Shown here in pieces: positions 17,812 to 28,520 of a stretch of DNA of 64,000 nt. The position numbers were made by a program, and so were the translations under genes. The DNA is from Actinomycetota bacterium (GTDB lineage: Bacteria; Actinomycetota; Actinomycetes; Actinomycetales; Microbacteriaceae): assembly GCA_009923455.1 (NCBI GenBank), contig RFTL01000001.1:1559-65558 (forward strand), written 5' to 3'. The notes below the pieces were generated by a model. The model was not told the DNA's origin and did not search any database. It worked only from the letters and a program-made list of their open reading frames with translations. Within the stretch, counting starts at the first letter, position 1. Every line of letters begins with the position of its first letter.

Positions 17812-19245
17812 TCAAACCCAGAACGGGAACCACATCTGCATTTGCCAAACCCAGTTCGGCACCTCCAGCCCCATCCAGATAGAGGCGAAGTAGACAGTGA
17901 GAAGCATAGTCAGAACTATGAAGCCCGTTATGGCTCTGGTTCGTTTTTCCACAAGGCGCAGCGTATATCCGCGCTTCAGATATCGCTGCAGGGCGTAGCA
18001 GAGAGCAAGTACCAAAAATGCCGAGAACACGACTGTGTAGAACTGGAACGTGGTGCGCTCCAAATAGACCAACCAAGGCGCCCAGCCCGCCAAAAAGCCA
18101 GTTGCGATTAAACCGGCCGTGCGATCTTGTAGCTTCAAGAATCTGAAGCTTGCCCAGAAGGCCGCGATAACGCCCCCAATCCAAATTGCCATGTTCGGAA
18201 CTGCGGTAATTGCAACGGTGCAGTGATCAAGCAGCGAGCAGTCATCGTATTTCTCAAAGAAAAATGCTGTTGGTCTGGCGCTTACCAACCACTGCCATGC
18301 ATTTGCTTGGTAGGGATGGTCTGAGCCCAATCCGGTGTGGAAGCGATAGGCGTTTAGGTGGTACTCCCAAAGTGACTCCCACCAGGTTGGTTTGGCTGTT
18401 CGACCCCAACCTCCATCAGTGAGAATCCACCCAGACCAGGAAACGATATAAATGCTGACGCTGGCGAGAATCATGGTTAGTGCATTTGCACCCGCCTGCA
18501 AGTAGGCAGACCAGATTCGACCGCCGTGCTGAGTCTTGTGCATCAAATCGCTCAGGAGCGTAAACAGCCCGAAGGCTGCCAAAAAGTAAAGTCCTGACCA
18601 CTTGGTTGCTGCTGCCGCACCGAATGCGATGGCTGCCAATAGCAGCCAGGGTCGGAAGCTAATCATGCGGTCAGGACTTGGCAATCTGCTCTGATCTACC
18701 ACCACGAAAAAGAAGCCCAGCAGGACAAAAAACGCCAAAACGCCATCTAGCACCGAGGTGCGGGACATGACTATCGAATGCCCCTCGACGGCCAAGAACC
18801 CACCTGCCAAAACTGCGAACTTGTTTGATCGCAGCAAAATCTTTGCAGTTCCGATGATTAGTGGAATCGCAAGTGTGCCCAGGAGTGCAACCGAGAACCT
18901 CCACCCAAAACTGGAGTCTGCCCCAAATAGCCACATACCGAGGTAGATGACCCACTTACCAAGCGGTGGGTGCACCACATAGGAACCCCGGGCGGTGTAG
19001 TCGGTGAAGTTTCCGCCTTCGAAACTTGGATCGAAGTTAGCTGGCCAATCCTTCTCGGTGCCGGTTTGCCCTAGTGTCCAGGCGTCCTTTACGTAATAGG
19101 TCTCATCGAAGATCAAATTGTGTGGATTCGCGAGATTCCCAAACCTCAGCAGCGCTCCGAGGGTAGTAACCGCAAGTGAGCCAATTAGCAAAAAGTGCTT
19201 TGAGCCAACCGCTCGGTTCATCAGCTTTGCTAACTGCGCAATCAC
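17812..19245 (-). CDS. protein O-mannosyltransferase (GT39, Pmt; Rv1002c-like)
   Basis: 477 aa and polytopic. The N-terminal FDETYYVKDAW motif is present. It is divergent from rsmI, as in other Actinobacteria. Confidence 0.8.
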   Translation of the reverse strand: MIAQLAKLMNRAVGSKHFLLIGSLAVTTLGALLRFGNLANPHNLIFDETYYVKDAWTLGQTGTEKDWPANFDPSFEGGNFTDYTARGSYVVHPPLGKWVIYLGMWLFGADSSFGWRFSVALLGTLAIPLIIGTAKILLRSNKFAVLAGGFLAVEGHSIVMSRTSVLDGVLAFFVLLGFFFVVVDQSRLPSPDRMISFRPWLLLAAIAFGAAAATKWSGLYFLAAFGLFTLLSDLMHKTQHGGRIWSAYLQAGANALTMILASVSIYIVSWSGWILTDGGWGRTAKPTWWESLWEYHLNAYRFHTGLGSDHPYQANAWQWLVSARPTAFFFEKYDDCSLLDHCTVAITAVPNMAIWIGGVIAAFWASFRFLKLQDRTAGLIATGFLAGWAPWLVYLERTTFQFYTVVFSAFLVLALCYALQRYLKRGYTLRLVEKRTRAITGFIVLTMLLTVYFASIWMGLEVPNWVWQMQMWFPFWV

Positions 19246-19259
19246 TCTTAGATGCTAGT

Positions 19260-20087
19260 TTGCTTCCTGTGTTGATTCTCGCTGCCACCCCAATCGGAAA
19301 CCTAGGTGATGCCTCGGTACGATTGCGTGAACTTCTGGCAGGTGCCGAGTATTTGGCTGCCGAGGACACCAGGGTTATCAAGCAGCTTTGTTCCGCACTT
19401 GGCATCAAGCTGCACGCCAAACTCTTCTCTCTCCACGAACACAATGAGTCAGACCGAATTGCCCAGCTAATTGAAATAGCTCGGAGCAAGGATCTGGTTG
19501 TGGTGAGCGATGCCGGCATGCCAACCGTCTCCGACCCGGGTTTTCAGCTGGTTCGATTGGCCGCCCAAGAGGGGCTGGAGATCACCATCGTTCCCGGACC
19601 AAGCGCTGTATTGGCGGCGCTCGCAGTTTCCGGGCTACCAACCGATCGGTTTAGTTTTGAAGGATTTTTGCCCAGAAAACAGGGCGATCGAAAGCGGGTT
19701 TTTGAAAGCCTGCAATCCGAGCGTCGCACGATGATTTTCTTTGAGGCCCCACACCGAATCTTGGAATCGCTCGAGGATGCCGCTGAGATTTTTGGGGCGG
19801 AACGAAAAGCCTCGGTCTCACGCGAGTTGACAAAGAAATTTGAGCACACCGAGCGCGGCAGCCTGACTGACCTGATCGAATGGGCTCGCACCGAGCCCAA
19901 GGGGGAGATGGTGTTGGTCATATCCGGCGCATCGCCAGAGAAATTTGACCCCGAAGACTTAGCGCAGATTGCGTTGAAGATGGTCGCTGAAGGAGCTCGG
20001 CTAAAGGAAGCAGCGGCTGAGTTGGCAAAGGCGCACTCGGTGTCATCTAGCGCAATTTACGATGCCGCCTTGCGACTGAAAGCCTAA
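19260..20087 (+). CDS. rsmI: 16S rRNA (cytidine1402-2'-O)-methyltransferase
   Basis: LILAATPIGNLGDAS, EDTR, SDAGMPTVSDPG and FFEAPHR motifs are present. The ORF-track start at 19176 overlaps pmt, so TTG 19260 or GTG 19269 is more likely. Confidence 0.85.
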   Translation: MLPVLILAATPIGNLGDASVRLRELLAGAEYLAAEDTRVIKQLCSALGIKLHAKLFSLHEHNESDRIAQLIEIARSKDLVVVSDAGMPTVSDPGFQLVRLAAQEGLEITIVPGPSAVLAALAVSGLPTDRFSFEGFLPRKQGDRKRVFESLQSERRTMIFFEAPHRILESLEDAAEIFGAERKASVSRELTKKFEHTERGSLTDLIEWARTEPKGEMVLVISGASPEKFDPEDLAQIALKMVAEGARLKEAAAELAKAHSVSSSAIYDAALRLKA

Positions 20088-20097
20088 GATATCTCAG

Positions 20098-21663
20098 GTG
20101 TCCAAGTCCTTTTACGTTACGACTCCGATCTTCTATGTGAACGATGCCCCGCACATCGGTCACGCCTATACAGAAGTCGCTGCTGACGTTCTAACCAGAT
20201 GGCACGCGCAGCGCGGTGAAAGCTCATACTTGCTAACCGGAACCGATGAACACGGTGAGAAGGTTCTCAGAACTGCTCTTGGCAACAACACCGATCCAAA
20301 GAGCTGGACTGACAAGTTGGTTGGAGAAGCTTGGCTCCCACTTCTTGAAACCATCGACATTAACAATCAGGACTTCATTAGGACCACCGAAGCACGCCAC
20401 AAAACCGCAGTGCAAAAGTTCTTGCAGCAGCTTTACGACACTGGATTTATCTATCAGGGTTCGTTCCAGGGAAACTACTGCGTTGGTTGCGAAGAATACA
20501 AAAACGAGGGTGATCTAATCGATGGCTCTGGTGATTACGCAGGTGAGCGAGTTTGCGCGATTCACTCCAAGCCGGTTGAAAAACTCAACGAAACGAACTA
20601 CTTCTTCAAGCTCAGTGAATTTCAAGAGCGGCTGCTGTCTCACTACGAGCAAAACCCGACCTTCATTCAGCCCGATTCAGCGCGTAATGAAGTCGTTTCT
20701 TTTGTTCGTTCAGGCTTGAGCGATCTATCAATCTCGCGTTCAAAAGAGCGCTTTGACTGGGGAATCGATATTCCCTGGGATGACTCTCACATCACCTACG
20801 TTTGGTTCGATGCACTGCTGAACTACGTGACCGCCGCAGGCTGGGCCGATGATCCCGCAAAGTTTGCATCGCTGTGGCCAGCGGATGTGCAGGTGGTAGG
20901 AAAAGACATTCTTCGCTTCCACGCGGTTATCTGGCCGGCGATGTTGATGGCCGCTGGCTTGCAGCCGCCAAAGCAGGTCTTCGGTCATGGCTGGCTACTA
21001 GTCGGTGGCGAGAAGATGTCAAAGTCCAAGCTCACTGGAATTGCGCCAAACCAAATCACGGACCAATTCGGTTCTGATGCCTTCCGCTACTACTTCATGA
21101 AGGCAATCGGATTCGGCTCCGACGGCTCGTTTAGTTGGGAAGATTTGAACGCTCGCTATCACGCAGAGTTGGCTAATGGATTTGGAAATTTGGCATCAAG
21201 AACGATCGCGATGGTGAACCGCTACTTTGATGGCATAGTTCCTGCGCCTTCGGCTTTGCAGCATGCGGATTCCAATGTTCAGCTAACCGCCAAGTCAGCC
21301 GTTAGTGGTGCCGAAGCGGCAATTGACAAGGTTCAAATTCACGATGCGATTGCTAAGGCCTGGACCTTGGTTGATGAGCTCAACAACTACATCACAACTC
21401 AAGAGCCTTGGGTGCTGGCCAAGGATGACGCAAATCGTGATCGCTTGGCGACCGTGCTCCACACAGCTCTTGAGGGCATCGCGGCCTTGAGTGTTTTGTT
21501 TGCTCCAATCATGCCTAAGGCAACCGCAAAGCTTTTTGCTGCTCTCTGCCCGGGTGAAGATCTTGAAAAAGCCCCGATGCAGAATGCGGCCGATTGGAAT
21601 CTAGTTAGACCCGGCACCAGGCTTGGTGAGCTAGAGGTGCTCTTCCCAAGAGTCGAAGAGTAA
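20098..21663 (+). CDS. metG: methionine--tRNA ligase
   Basis: 521 aa with the HIGH motif (PHIGHAYT) and KMSKS. Confidence 0.95.
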   Translation: MSKSFYVTTPIFYVNDAPHIGHAYTEVAADVLTRWHAQRGESSYLLTGTDEHGEKVLRTALGNNTDPKSWTDKLVGEAWLPLLETIDINNQDFIRTTEARHKTAVQKFLQQLYDTGFIYQGSFQGNYCVGCEEYKNEGDLIDGSGDYAGERVCAIHSKPVEKLNETNYFFKLSEFQERLLSHYEQNPTFIQPDSARNEVVSFVRSGLSDLSISRSKERFDWGIDIPWDDSHITYVWFDALLNYVTAAGWADDPAKFASLWPADVQVVGKDILRFHAVIWPAMLMAAGLQPPKQVFGHGWLLVGGEKMSKSKLTGIAPNQITDQFGSDAFRYYFMKAIGFGSDGSFSWEDLNARYHAELANGFGNLASRTIAMVNRYFDGIVPAPSALQHADSNVQLTAKSAVSGAEAAIDKVQIHDAIAKAWTLVDELNNYITTQEPWVLAKDDANRDRLATVLHTALEGIAALSVLFAPIMPKATAKLFAALCPGEDLEKAPMQNAADWNLVRPGTRLGELEVLFPRVEE

Positions 21664-22551
21664 ATGAGCGAACCGATTAGGACCAGATCCTTCTATGACG
21701 GCTCGAAGCCTGCTCATTACCCAGACTTACCCGAGCCCCTAGAGCTTGGCACCTATGACAATCACACTCATCTCGAGATTGCCGACGGCGAAACTCCTAT
21801 GAGCGTTGCGGACCACCTATCCGCGATGCGAGCAGTTGGCATGCTGGGTGCGGTGCAGGTTGGTGTGACGCTGGAGAGCTCGCGCTGGTCGGCCGAGGTA
21901 GCAAGAGCTGAGCCCATGCTGCTTGCAGCTGTGGCGCTTCACCCAAACGAAGCTCCGCTCTATCAGAATCGTCAAGACCTTGATGATGCCATCGCGGGCA
22001 TTGCTGAATTGGCAACTCAGCCTAGGGTTCGAGCAATCGGTGAAACCGGGTTGGATTTTTTTAGAACCGAGGGTGAGGGTGCGCTTGAGGCGCAGCTATA
22101 TTCCTTCGAGCGGCACATTGAAATTGCCAAGGAAAACAATCTCGCTCTGATGATTCACGATCGCGATGCGCATGGAGACGTAGTAAAAACTCTCAAACGT
22201 GTTGGGGCTCCAGAGCGCACAGTATTCCACTGCTACTCGGGAGATTTAGAGCTCGCACAGATCTGCCAGGAGAACGGTTGGTATCTCTCCTTTGCGGGGA
22301 ACATCACCTTCAAAAAGAACCAGCACCTGAGGGATTCGCTGCTGGCGGTTTCTCCAGAGCTGCTGCTCATTGAAACCGACGCACCATTTCTTACCCCTGA
22401 GCCGCTACGTGGTAGACCGAATGCCCCGTATTTGGTGCCACACACTCTGCGCTACATAGCGGATTTGATGCAGTGGGACCTGGTCCAACTGGCAAAGCAA
22501 TTCAATACCAACACCGAGCGGGTTTACGGATCCTGGGCTGAGGGACTCTAA
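21664..22551 (+). CDS. TatD-family hydrolase
   Basis: 295 aa. Has DNHTHL, GETGLDF and a C-terminal ETDAPFLTP. Confidence 0.85.
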   Translation: MSEPIRTRSFYDGSKPAHYPDLPEPLELGTYDNHTHLEIADGETPMSVADHLSAMRAVGMLGAVQVGVTLESSRWSAEVARAEPMLLAAVALHPNEAPLYQNRQDLDDAIAGIAELATQPRVRAIGETGLDFFRTEGEGALEAQLYSFERHIEIAKENNLALMIHDRDAHGDVVKTLKRVGAPERTVFHCYSGDLELAQICQENGWYLSFAGNITFKKNQHLRDSLLAVSPELLLIETDAPFLTPEPLRGRPNAPYLVPHTLRYIADLMQWDLVQLAKQFNTNTERVYGSWAEGL

Positions 22552-23369
22552 TGCTGGGCGCTTCGGAGATTAGGGAGCTAGCCGAGCGACTGGGAATCCG
22601 GCCGACTAAAAAGCTGGGTCAAAACTTCGTGATCGACCCAAACACCATCCATCGAATTGTCGCTGCCGCAGATTTAGCAACCGACGACGTAGTGGTTGAG
22701 ATTGGTCCTGGACTTGGTTCGCTGACGCTTGGAATCTTGGCCCAGGTTGATTACATGATTGCGGTCGAGGTTGACCCGGTTCTTGCCTCCGAGCTCAAGG
22801 CGACGGTTACCCGCCATGCTCCTGGCAAGTGTGTGGATCTGGTCCTCGCAGATGCGCTCAGGGTTACCGAGCTTCCCAAGCCTCCAACTGCTCTGGTGGC
22901 AAATCTTCCTTACAACATATCTGTACCGGTTCTACTGCACTTTTTAGAGGTATTTCCAAGCATCCAAAAGGGTTTGGTAATGGTTCAATCCGAGGTGGCA
23001 CATCGCTTGGCAGCAAAGCCTGGCTCAAAGGAGTATGGCGCGCCTTCTCTAAAGTTGGCCTGGTATGGCAACGCCAAGTTGGCGGGAAATGTCGCCCGCT
23101 CCATTTTCTGGCCGGTACCAGGAGTGGACTCCTCCCTGGTCTACTTCGACACCTCTGCTGACCGCGACCAAAGTGAGCGCACAACGGTTTTTGAGGCTAT
23201 CGATCAAGCATTTTTGCAACGCAGAAAAACTCTGCGGCAGGCACTGGCTGGCTTTGCGGGGTCACCCGCACTGGCGGAGGAGATCCTTATCAAGGCCGGT
23301 GTTTCACCACAGGCTCGTGGCGAGGAGCTCGGTATCGAAGAGTTCATCGCGATTGCGAGGGCAAAGTGA
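22551..23369 (+). CDS. rsmA: 16S rRNA (adenine1518/1519-N6)-dimethyltransferase
   Basis: 272 aa. Has KKLGQNFV, VEIGPGLGSLT and NLPYNIS. Confidence 0.9.
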   Translation: MLGASEIRELAERLGIRPTKKLGQNFVIDPNTIHRIVAAADLATDDVVVEIGPGLGSLTLGILAQVDYMIAVEVDPVLASELKATVTRHAPGKCVDLVLADALRVTELPKPPTALVANLPYNISVPVLLHFLEVFPSIQKGLVMVQSEVAHRLAAKPGSKEYGAPSLKLAWYGNAKLAGNVARSIFWPVPGVDSSLVYFDTSADRDQSERTTVFEAIDQAFLQRRKTLRQALAGFAGSPALAEEILIKAGVSPQARGEELGIEEFIAIARAK

Positions 23370-24220
23370 CCACTGCGAGTGCTCAAGGAAAAATCAACCT
23401 GGTGTTTCAAGTTGGAGCACTGAGCAATGGTTATCACGAGGTTCGAAGTGTTTATCAAGCGATCGACCTTGCCGAGACCGTGACGGTCAGAGAGTCCAAC
23501 AGCTGGGAGATTGAGGTTCATGGAGAGGTTCCGAATCTCGAGCTAGTGCCACGAGATGAATCCAACATCGTGGTTAGGGCAGCAGTTGAGCTGGCTCGCT
23601 CCGCGGGGATTACTAACCCACAGCCGATGAAGTTCACGATTCAGAAGCGGATCCCGGTCGCAGGAGGCATGGCTGGTGGCAGCGCAGATGCGGCTGCAGC
23701 CCTGGTAGCGCTAAACGAGCACTGGTGTCTAGGTAAGTCGGATGCAGAGCTGGCCGAGGTCGGAGCCAAACTTGGTGCCGATGTTCCATTTGCGCTATTG
23801 GGCGGAACCGCACTGGGCACTGGAAGTGGAACTCAGCTGACTAAATTGAGTGATAATCCAACGCTTCACATCCTGCTTATCTTCAGCGAGTTTGCACTGA
23901 GCACAAAAGACGTGTTTCAGGCATTTGATTCAATCCGCCCAGCTGGTGATGAGCTAGCCGCGGATCTAGAGGAGAACTACTCGAATCGAATTGGAGAAAA
24001 CTCACTTCTGCCAGCAGCCCTTAAATTGCGACCTGATCTAAAGAGCGTTCTCGAATTGGATTTGGGCATCCAGGGTGGCTTTCTATCAGGCTCTGGACCT
24101 ACGGTTTGGTTTTCAACCCCAGACCACGCTGTAGTCGAGCAAGCCCAGCAAAGAGCAAGATCGCTTGGTTATAGAAGTGTGCTAACTCAGACCTCAAGTC
24201 TTGGGGCACGACTTAGCTAA
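23366..24220 (+). CDS. ispE: 4-diphosphocytidyl-2-C-methyl-D-erythritol kinase
   Basis: 284 aa. Has the GHMP kinase motif IPVAGGMAGGSADAAA. Its 4-nt overlap with rsmA matches the usual synteny. Confidence 0.9.
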   Translation: MTTASAQGKINLVFQVGALSNGYHEVRSVYQAIDLAETVTVRESNSWEIEVHGEVPNLELVPRDESNIVVRAAVELARSAGITNPQPMKFTIQKRIPVAGGMAGGSADAAAALVALNEHWCLGKSDAELAEVGAKLGADVPFALLGGTALGTGSGTQLTKLSDNPTLHILLIFSEFALSTKDVFQAFDSIRPAGDELAADLEENYSNRIGENSLLPAALKLRPDLKSVLELDLGIQGGFLSGSGPTVWFSTPDHAVVEQAQQRARSLGYRSVLTQTSSLGARLS

Positions 24221-25998
24221 TGGCGCATCTTCTTGGAGCAGAGCAAGTCTGTCTAGAGTTTCCAACCAAAACGGTTTTTGATTCAATCACCGTCGGTATT
24301 TCCGAGGGTGATCGAATTGGCATTGTCGGCCGAAACGGAGACGGTAAGTCAACCCTGATCAAGATTCTCGCCAAGCGCCTTGAACCAGATTCGGGTCGAG
24401 TCACCTGGCGAGGAGATATCAGGGTTGGGTTTCTCACCCAGACCGACGAAATAGAACCTAAAAGCACCATTGCCCAGGCGGTGGTTGGTGATACTCCAGA
24501 GTTTGAATGGGCATCCGATCCCAAGATACGCGATGTTTTCTCGGGCCTGTTGGCAGATTTGGATTGGCACCAGAGCGTTGGTTCACTCTCTGGAGGGCAG
24601 CGTCGCCGAGTAGCGCTGGCGGCCCTTTTGGCTGGCGACTATGACGTGATCATGCTCGATGAACCCACCAACCACCTAGATGTTGACGGTGTTGCCTGGC
24701 TTGCACAGCATTTGAACAATCGCTGGTCAAAAAACTCCGGCGGGCTTTTAGTTGTGACCCACGACCGCTGGTTTTTGGATGCGGTTTGCAATCTCACCTG
24801 GGAGGTTTATGGCGGAGTCATCGAACCCTTTGAGGGAGGTTATGCCGCTTATATTCAGCAGCGCACCGAACGTAATCGTCAGGCAGCAGCCATCGAGGCA
24901 AGGCGGCAGAACCTTCTTCGCAAGGAGCTGGCCTGGCTAGGACGCGGAGCTCCAGCAAGAACATCAAAACCTAAATTCCGAATCGAAGCTGCCTTAGAGC
25001 TAATTGCCAACGAACCGCCTCCTAGAGACTCTCTCGAGCTTTCAAAGTTGGCAACTGCGAGGCTTGGTAAAGATGTGGTGGAGCTTGACTCCGTTAGCTA
25101 TCAAACCCCGAGCGGAAAGCGCATCGTTCATGACCTGAATTTGATAATCGGTCCGGGCGATCGAATCGGATTTGTGGGAGCCAATGGAGCTGGCAAGACC
25201 ACGCTTCTGGGTCTACTAACTGGCCAGCTCTCACCAAATCAGGGCAGAGTCAAAATCGGTAAGACCGTAAAGTTCGCTTGGTTATCCCAGGACATTAGAG
25301 AGCTAGATGAGTTTGCCAATGAGCGAATCTTCAGCATGATCGCGCGAGAGAAAACTAGCTTCAGTGTTGGTAAAAAAGAGCTCTCCACCGGGCAGCTGGT
25401 CGAGCAACTGGGCTTCGAGTCGGCGCAGCTCCAAACTCCAATTTCAGACCTCTCGGGTGGTCAGCGGCGGAGGTTTCAGCTTCTGAGGCTTTTGTTCACA
25501 GAACCGAACGTCTTGATTTTGGATGAGCCCACAAATGACCTGGATACCGACATGCTCGCAGCCATGGAGGACCTGCTCGATACCTGGCCAGGAACCCTAA
25601 TCGTGGTCTCTCACGATCGCTACCTGCTTGAGCGAGTCACCGACACCCAATACGCCCTTTTGGGAGACGGCAAAGTGAGGCATTTGACGCGAGGCGTCGA
25701 GCAGTATCTTGAGCTCAGATCAAAGCAGGCTAAACCGATTCAGATTCAAAAACAATCAGTCTCCTCAGGCCTTAGTGGTGCGGAGCGAAGGAATCTGGAA
25801 AAGGAGCTAGCTCGACTGGAGCGAGCTCTAGAAAAGGCAAAAACCGAGGAGATCTCACTGCATGAACAGTTTGCTTTGGCTGACCAAAGCAACTTCGAAT
25901 TGCTTACCGATCTGATGCAACGCCAGCGAATAAACGCCGACCAAATTGCAGAGCTCGAGGAGCTTTGGCTAATTACATCGGAAAAACTCGAGGGATAA
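24220..25998 (+). CDS. ABC-F family ATPase (two ABC domains, no TM)
   Basis: 592 aa. Has two Walker A motifs (GRNGDGKST and GANGAGKTT), two LSGGQRRR signatures and a C-terminal coiled coil. Confidence 0.9.
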   Translation: MAHLLGAEQVCLEFPTKTVFDSITVGISEGDRIGIVGRNGDGKSTLIKILAKRLEPDSGRVTWRGDIRVGFLTQTDEIEPKSTIAQAVVGDTPEFEWASDPKIRDVFSGLLADLDWHQSVGSLSGGQRRRVALAALLAGDYDVIMLDEPTNHLDVDGVAWLAQHLNNRWSKNSGGLLVVTHDRWFLDAVCNLTWEVYGGVIEPFEGGYAAYIQQRTERNRQAAAIEARRQNLLRKELAWLGRGAPARTSKPKFRIEAALELIANEPPPRDSLELSKLATARLGKDVVELDSVSYQTPSGKRIVHDLNLIIGPGDRIGFVGANGAGKTTLLGLLTGQLSPNQGRVKIGKTVKFAWLSQDIRELDEFANERIFSMIAREKTSFSVGKKELSTGQLVEQLGFESAQLQTPISDLSGGQRRRFQLLRLLFTEPNVLILDEPTNDLDTDMLAAMEDLLDTWPGTLIVVSHDRYLLERVTDTQYALLGDGKVRHLTRGVEQYLELRSKQAKPIQIQKQSVSSGLSGAERRNLEKELARLERALEKAKTEEISLHEQFALADQSNFELLTDLMQRQRINADQIAELEELWLITSEKLEG

Positions 25999-26044
25999 AC
26001 CCAAAGGTTCTGGCAGACTATACCCCCGAGACGATAAGTCTCGT

Positions 26045-26116
26045 TCCGCTCTGGTGTAACGGCAGCACGGCGCCCTTTGGAGGCGTCCGGTCTAGGTTCG
26101 AATCCTAGGGGCGGAG
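26045..26116 (+). tRNA. tRNA-Gln (anticodon TTG)
   Basis: A 72-nt cloverleaf. Acceptor TCCGCTC/GGGCGGA, anticodon stem GCGCC/GGCGT, loop CTTTGGA, T arm CTAGG-TTCGAAT-CCTAG. No CCA is encoded. Confidence 0.9.
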
Positions 26117-26132
26117 CTAGCAAGGAGGGCTA

Positions 26133-27542
26133 ATGAGCAACCTAGCTGTGGTAGTTCTGGCTGCGGGTGAGGGGACCCGCATGAAATCAGCAACCCCAAA
26201 GGTATTGCATCGAATTGCCGGCCTTGAGCTCATCGGACACGTCCTATCCACCGCAACTTCGCTTTCTGCACACAAGGTCGTTGCCGTGCTGCGTCATGAG
26301 AGAGAGCGGCTTGAGAGTTACGTCTCGGCCTTCTACCCAAATGTTGCCATTGCCGAGCAGGATGAGATCCCTGGCACCGGAAGAGCGGTCGAGGCTGCCC
26401 TTGCGGAGCTGGCTCACTTTGACGGTGATGTCGTTGTACTCTCCGGAGATGTTCCGCTTTTGGATGTCGAGTCGATTGGCTCACTGGTAGAGATCCACCG
26501 CGAGCTTGGTAACAAGGCAACGCTGGTTTCAACCGTTTTGGATAACCCACACGGTTACGGCAGGATCGTGCGCGATCGAGGCGAACTAATTGGAATTGTG
26601 GAGCAAAAGGACGCTTCGGATTCCGAGCGCGATATTCAAGAGGTGAACGCGGGTGTCTATGTCTTCGATGCGCAAGCACTGAGGGACACCCTGGAGCGCG
26701 TGGGAACCAATAATGCTCAGGGCGAAAAGTATTTGACCGACGTGGTTGGAATCTTGATTCAAGCTGGGCACAAGGTTTCCGCTCACCAAATAACCGATAA
26801 GTGGTTGGTTGCTGGCATCAACGATCGAGTTCAACTCTCTGAGGTTGAGGCCGAGCTGAACCGAAGAATCGTTACCGCCTGGCAGATGGCCGGTGTGACT
26901 ATCCAGGAACCTTCTAGCACCTGGATAGATGTCACCGTTTCATTGGGTAGGGATGTGACCTTGCTCCCCGGAACCAGACTTCACGGCCTCACCACCATCG
27001 GAGAGGGCTCAATCATTGGCCCAGACACCACCTTGACCGACGTCGAGGTTGGTGAGGGAGTGAGGATCAATCGAACCGATGCCACATCGTCGAAAATCTA
27101 CTCCGGAGCAACCGTTGGGCCGTTTGCGTTTATTCGCCCGGGAACTGAACTTGGCGCAGATGGCAAGATTGGCGCCTTTGTTGAAACCAAGAACGCTCAG
27201 ATCGGCAAGGGCGCAAAGGTTCCGCACCTGAGCTACGTAGGTGATGCCAGCATTGGAGAGGGCAGCAACATCGGAGCTGGCACGATTTTTGCCAATTACG
27301 ACGGGGTGAACAAACACCGCACCGAGATCGGCAAACAGGCAAGAACCGGAAGTGGAAACGTCTTTGTTGCTCCAGTCAAAGTTGGCGACGGTGCTTACAC
27401 GGCAGCAGGTTCCACAATCCGCCGAGATGTCGAGCCTGGAGCACTAGCATTGAACCCAGCAGCACAAAAGAATCTTGCGGGCTGGGTAATCCAGAATCGT
27501 CCAGGTTCAAAGTCGGCAATAGCAGCAACCGATACGGAGTAG
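26133..27542 (+). CDS. glmU: bifunctional UDP-N-acetylglucosamine pyrophosphorylase / GlcN-1-P acetyltransferase
   Basis: 469 aa. N-terminal LAAGEGTRMKS motif, with C-terminal left-handed beta-helix hexapeptide repeats. Confidence 0.95.
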   Translation: MSNLAVVVLAAGEGTRMKSATPKVLHRIAGLELIGHVLSTATSLSAHKVVAVLRHERERLESYVSAFYPNVAIAEQDEIPGTGRAVEAALAELAHFDGDVVVLSGDVPLLDVESIGSLVEIHRELGNKATLVSTVLDNPHGYGRIVRDRGELIGIVEQKDASDSERDIQEVNAGVYVFDAQALRDTLERVGTNNAQGEKYLTDVVGILIQAGHKVSAHQITDKWLVAGINDRVQLSEVEAELNRRIVTAWQMAGVTIQEPSSTWIDVTVSLGRDVTLLPGTRLHGLTTIGEGSIIGPDTTLTDVEVGEGVRINRTDATSSKIYSGATVGPFAFIRPGTELGADGKIGAFVETKNAQIGKGAKVPHLSYVGDASIGEGSNIGAGTIFANYDGVNKHRTEIGKQARTGSGNVFVAPVKVGDGAYTAAGSTIRRDVEPGALALNPAAQKNLAGWVIQNRPGSKSAIAATDTE

Positions 27543-27544
27543 CA

Positions 27545-28520
27545 ATGGCAATCGAGAAGGCCGCCAGCAAACAACTAGTAATTGCCAGTGGCCGTGCTCA
27601 TCAGCCGCTGGCTCAAGAGGTTGCCGAGATTCTCGGAACCGAACTGGTTCCGATGACCGCATATGACTTCGCAAACGGAGAAACCTTTGTCCGTTATGAG
27701 CGCAGTGTTCGTGGCGTAGACGCCTTTATCATTCAGGCTCACCCGCAGCCAATTAACCACTGGATCATGGAGCACCTTCTCATGGTGGATGCCATGAAGC
27801 GGGCAAGCGCTAAGCGCATCACAGTGGTAGCGCCATTTTTCCCATATGCAAGGCAGGACAAGAAACACAAGGGTCGCGAGCCAATCTCGGCACGACTGAT
27901 GACCGATCTCTACAAAGCTGCTGGCGCATCGAGATTGATGTCGGTTGACCTTCACACCCCTCAGATACAAGGTTTCTTCGATGGTCCAGTTGATCACCTC
28001 TGGGCGCTACCGATGCTGGCTGATCACATTGCGGCAACCTTCGGAACCGACAACCTGACAGTTGTATCGCCAGACTCTGGACGAGTGCGCGTTGCAGATA
28101 TTTGGGCAGATCGACTTGGAACTCCGCTAGCAATCGTCCACAAGCGACGCGATCCGGACCGCCCGAACCAGGTTCAGGTAAACGAGATTGTCGGTGAGGT
28201 TTCTGGTCGTGACTGCCTGCTGGTTGATGACATGATCGACACTGGTGGCACGATTCTGGCTGCAGCCAAAGCCCTGAAGGCAAACGGTGCAAAACGTGTG
28301 ATCGTTGCCGCCACCCACCCAGTCTTCTCTCACCCAGCGGTTGAGCGGCTCTCTGACCCGGTAATCGACTCTGTCGTTGTGACAAACACCATTGCCGATT
28401 ACCCCGGAGAAGGAGTTTGCCTCACTGACCGTGCTATCGATTGCCCCGCTGATTGCCAAGGCAATCGCTGCAGTTTTCTACGACGACTCAGTCAACTCGC
28501 TGTTCCCTGGTCACGCATAG
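27545..28520 (+). CDS. prs: ribose-phosphate diphosphokinase, disrupted by a 1-nt frame change at about 28391
   Basis: Frame A (27545-28390) gives a canonical Prs through ..VDDMIDTGGT..THPVFS..VVVTNT. The canonical C-terminus LPITPEKEFASLTVLSIAPLIAKAIAAVFYDDSVNSLFPGHA* is in the +1 frame (28392-28520). The ORF-track continuation to 28621 gives a Cys/Arg-rich non-homologous tail. Confidence 0.9.

Noticed and set aside
26230-28385. Long antisense ORFs inside glmU (26230..26679, 149 aa) and prs (27819..28385, 188 aa); also 48571..49089 in fumC and 3718..4182 across the csp region
   Set aside because: Their products are Arg/Pro/Ser-rich and low in complexity. Such ORFs are typical of the reverse frames of GC-biased genes, and the sense genes are unambiguous.
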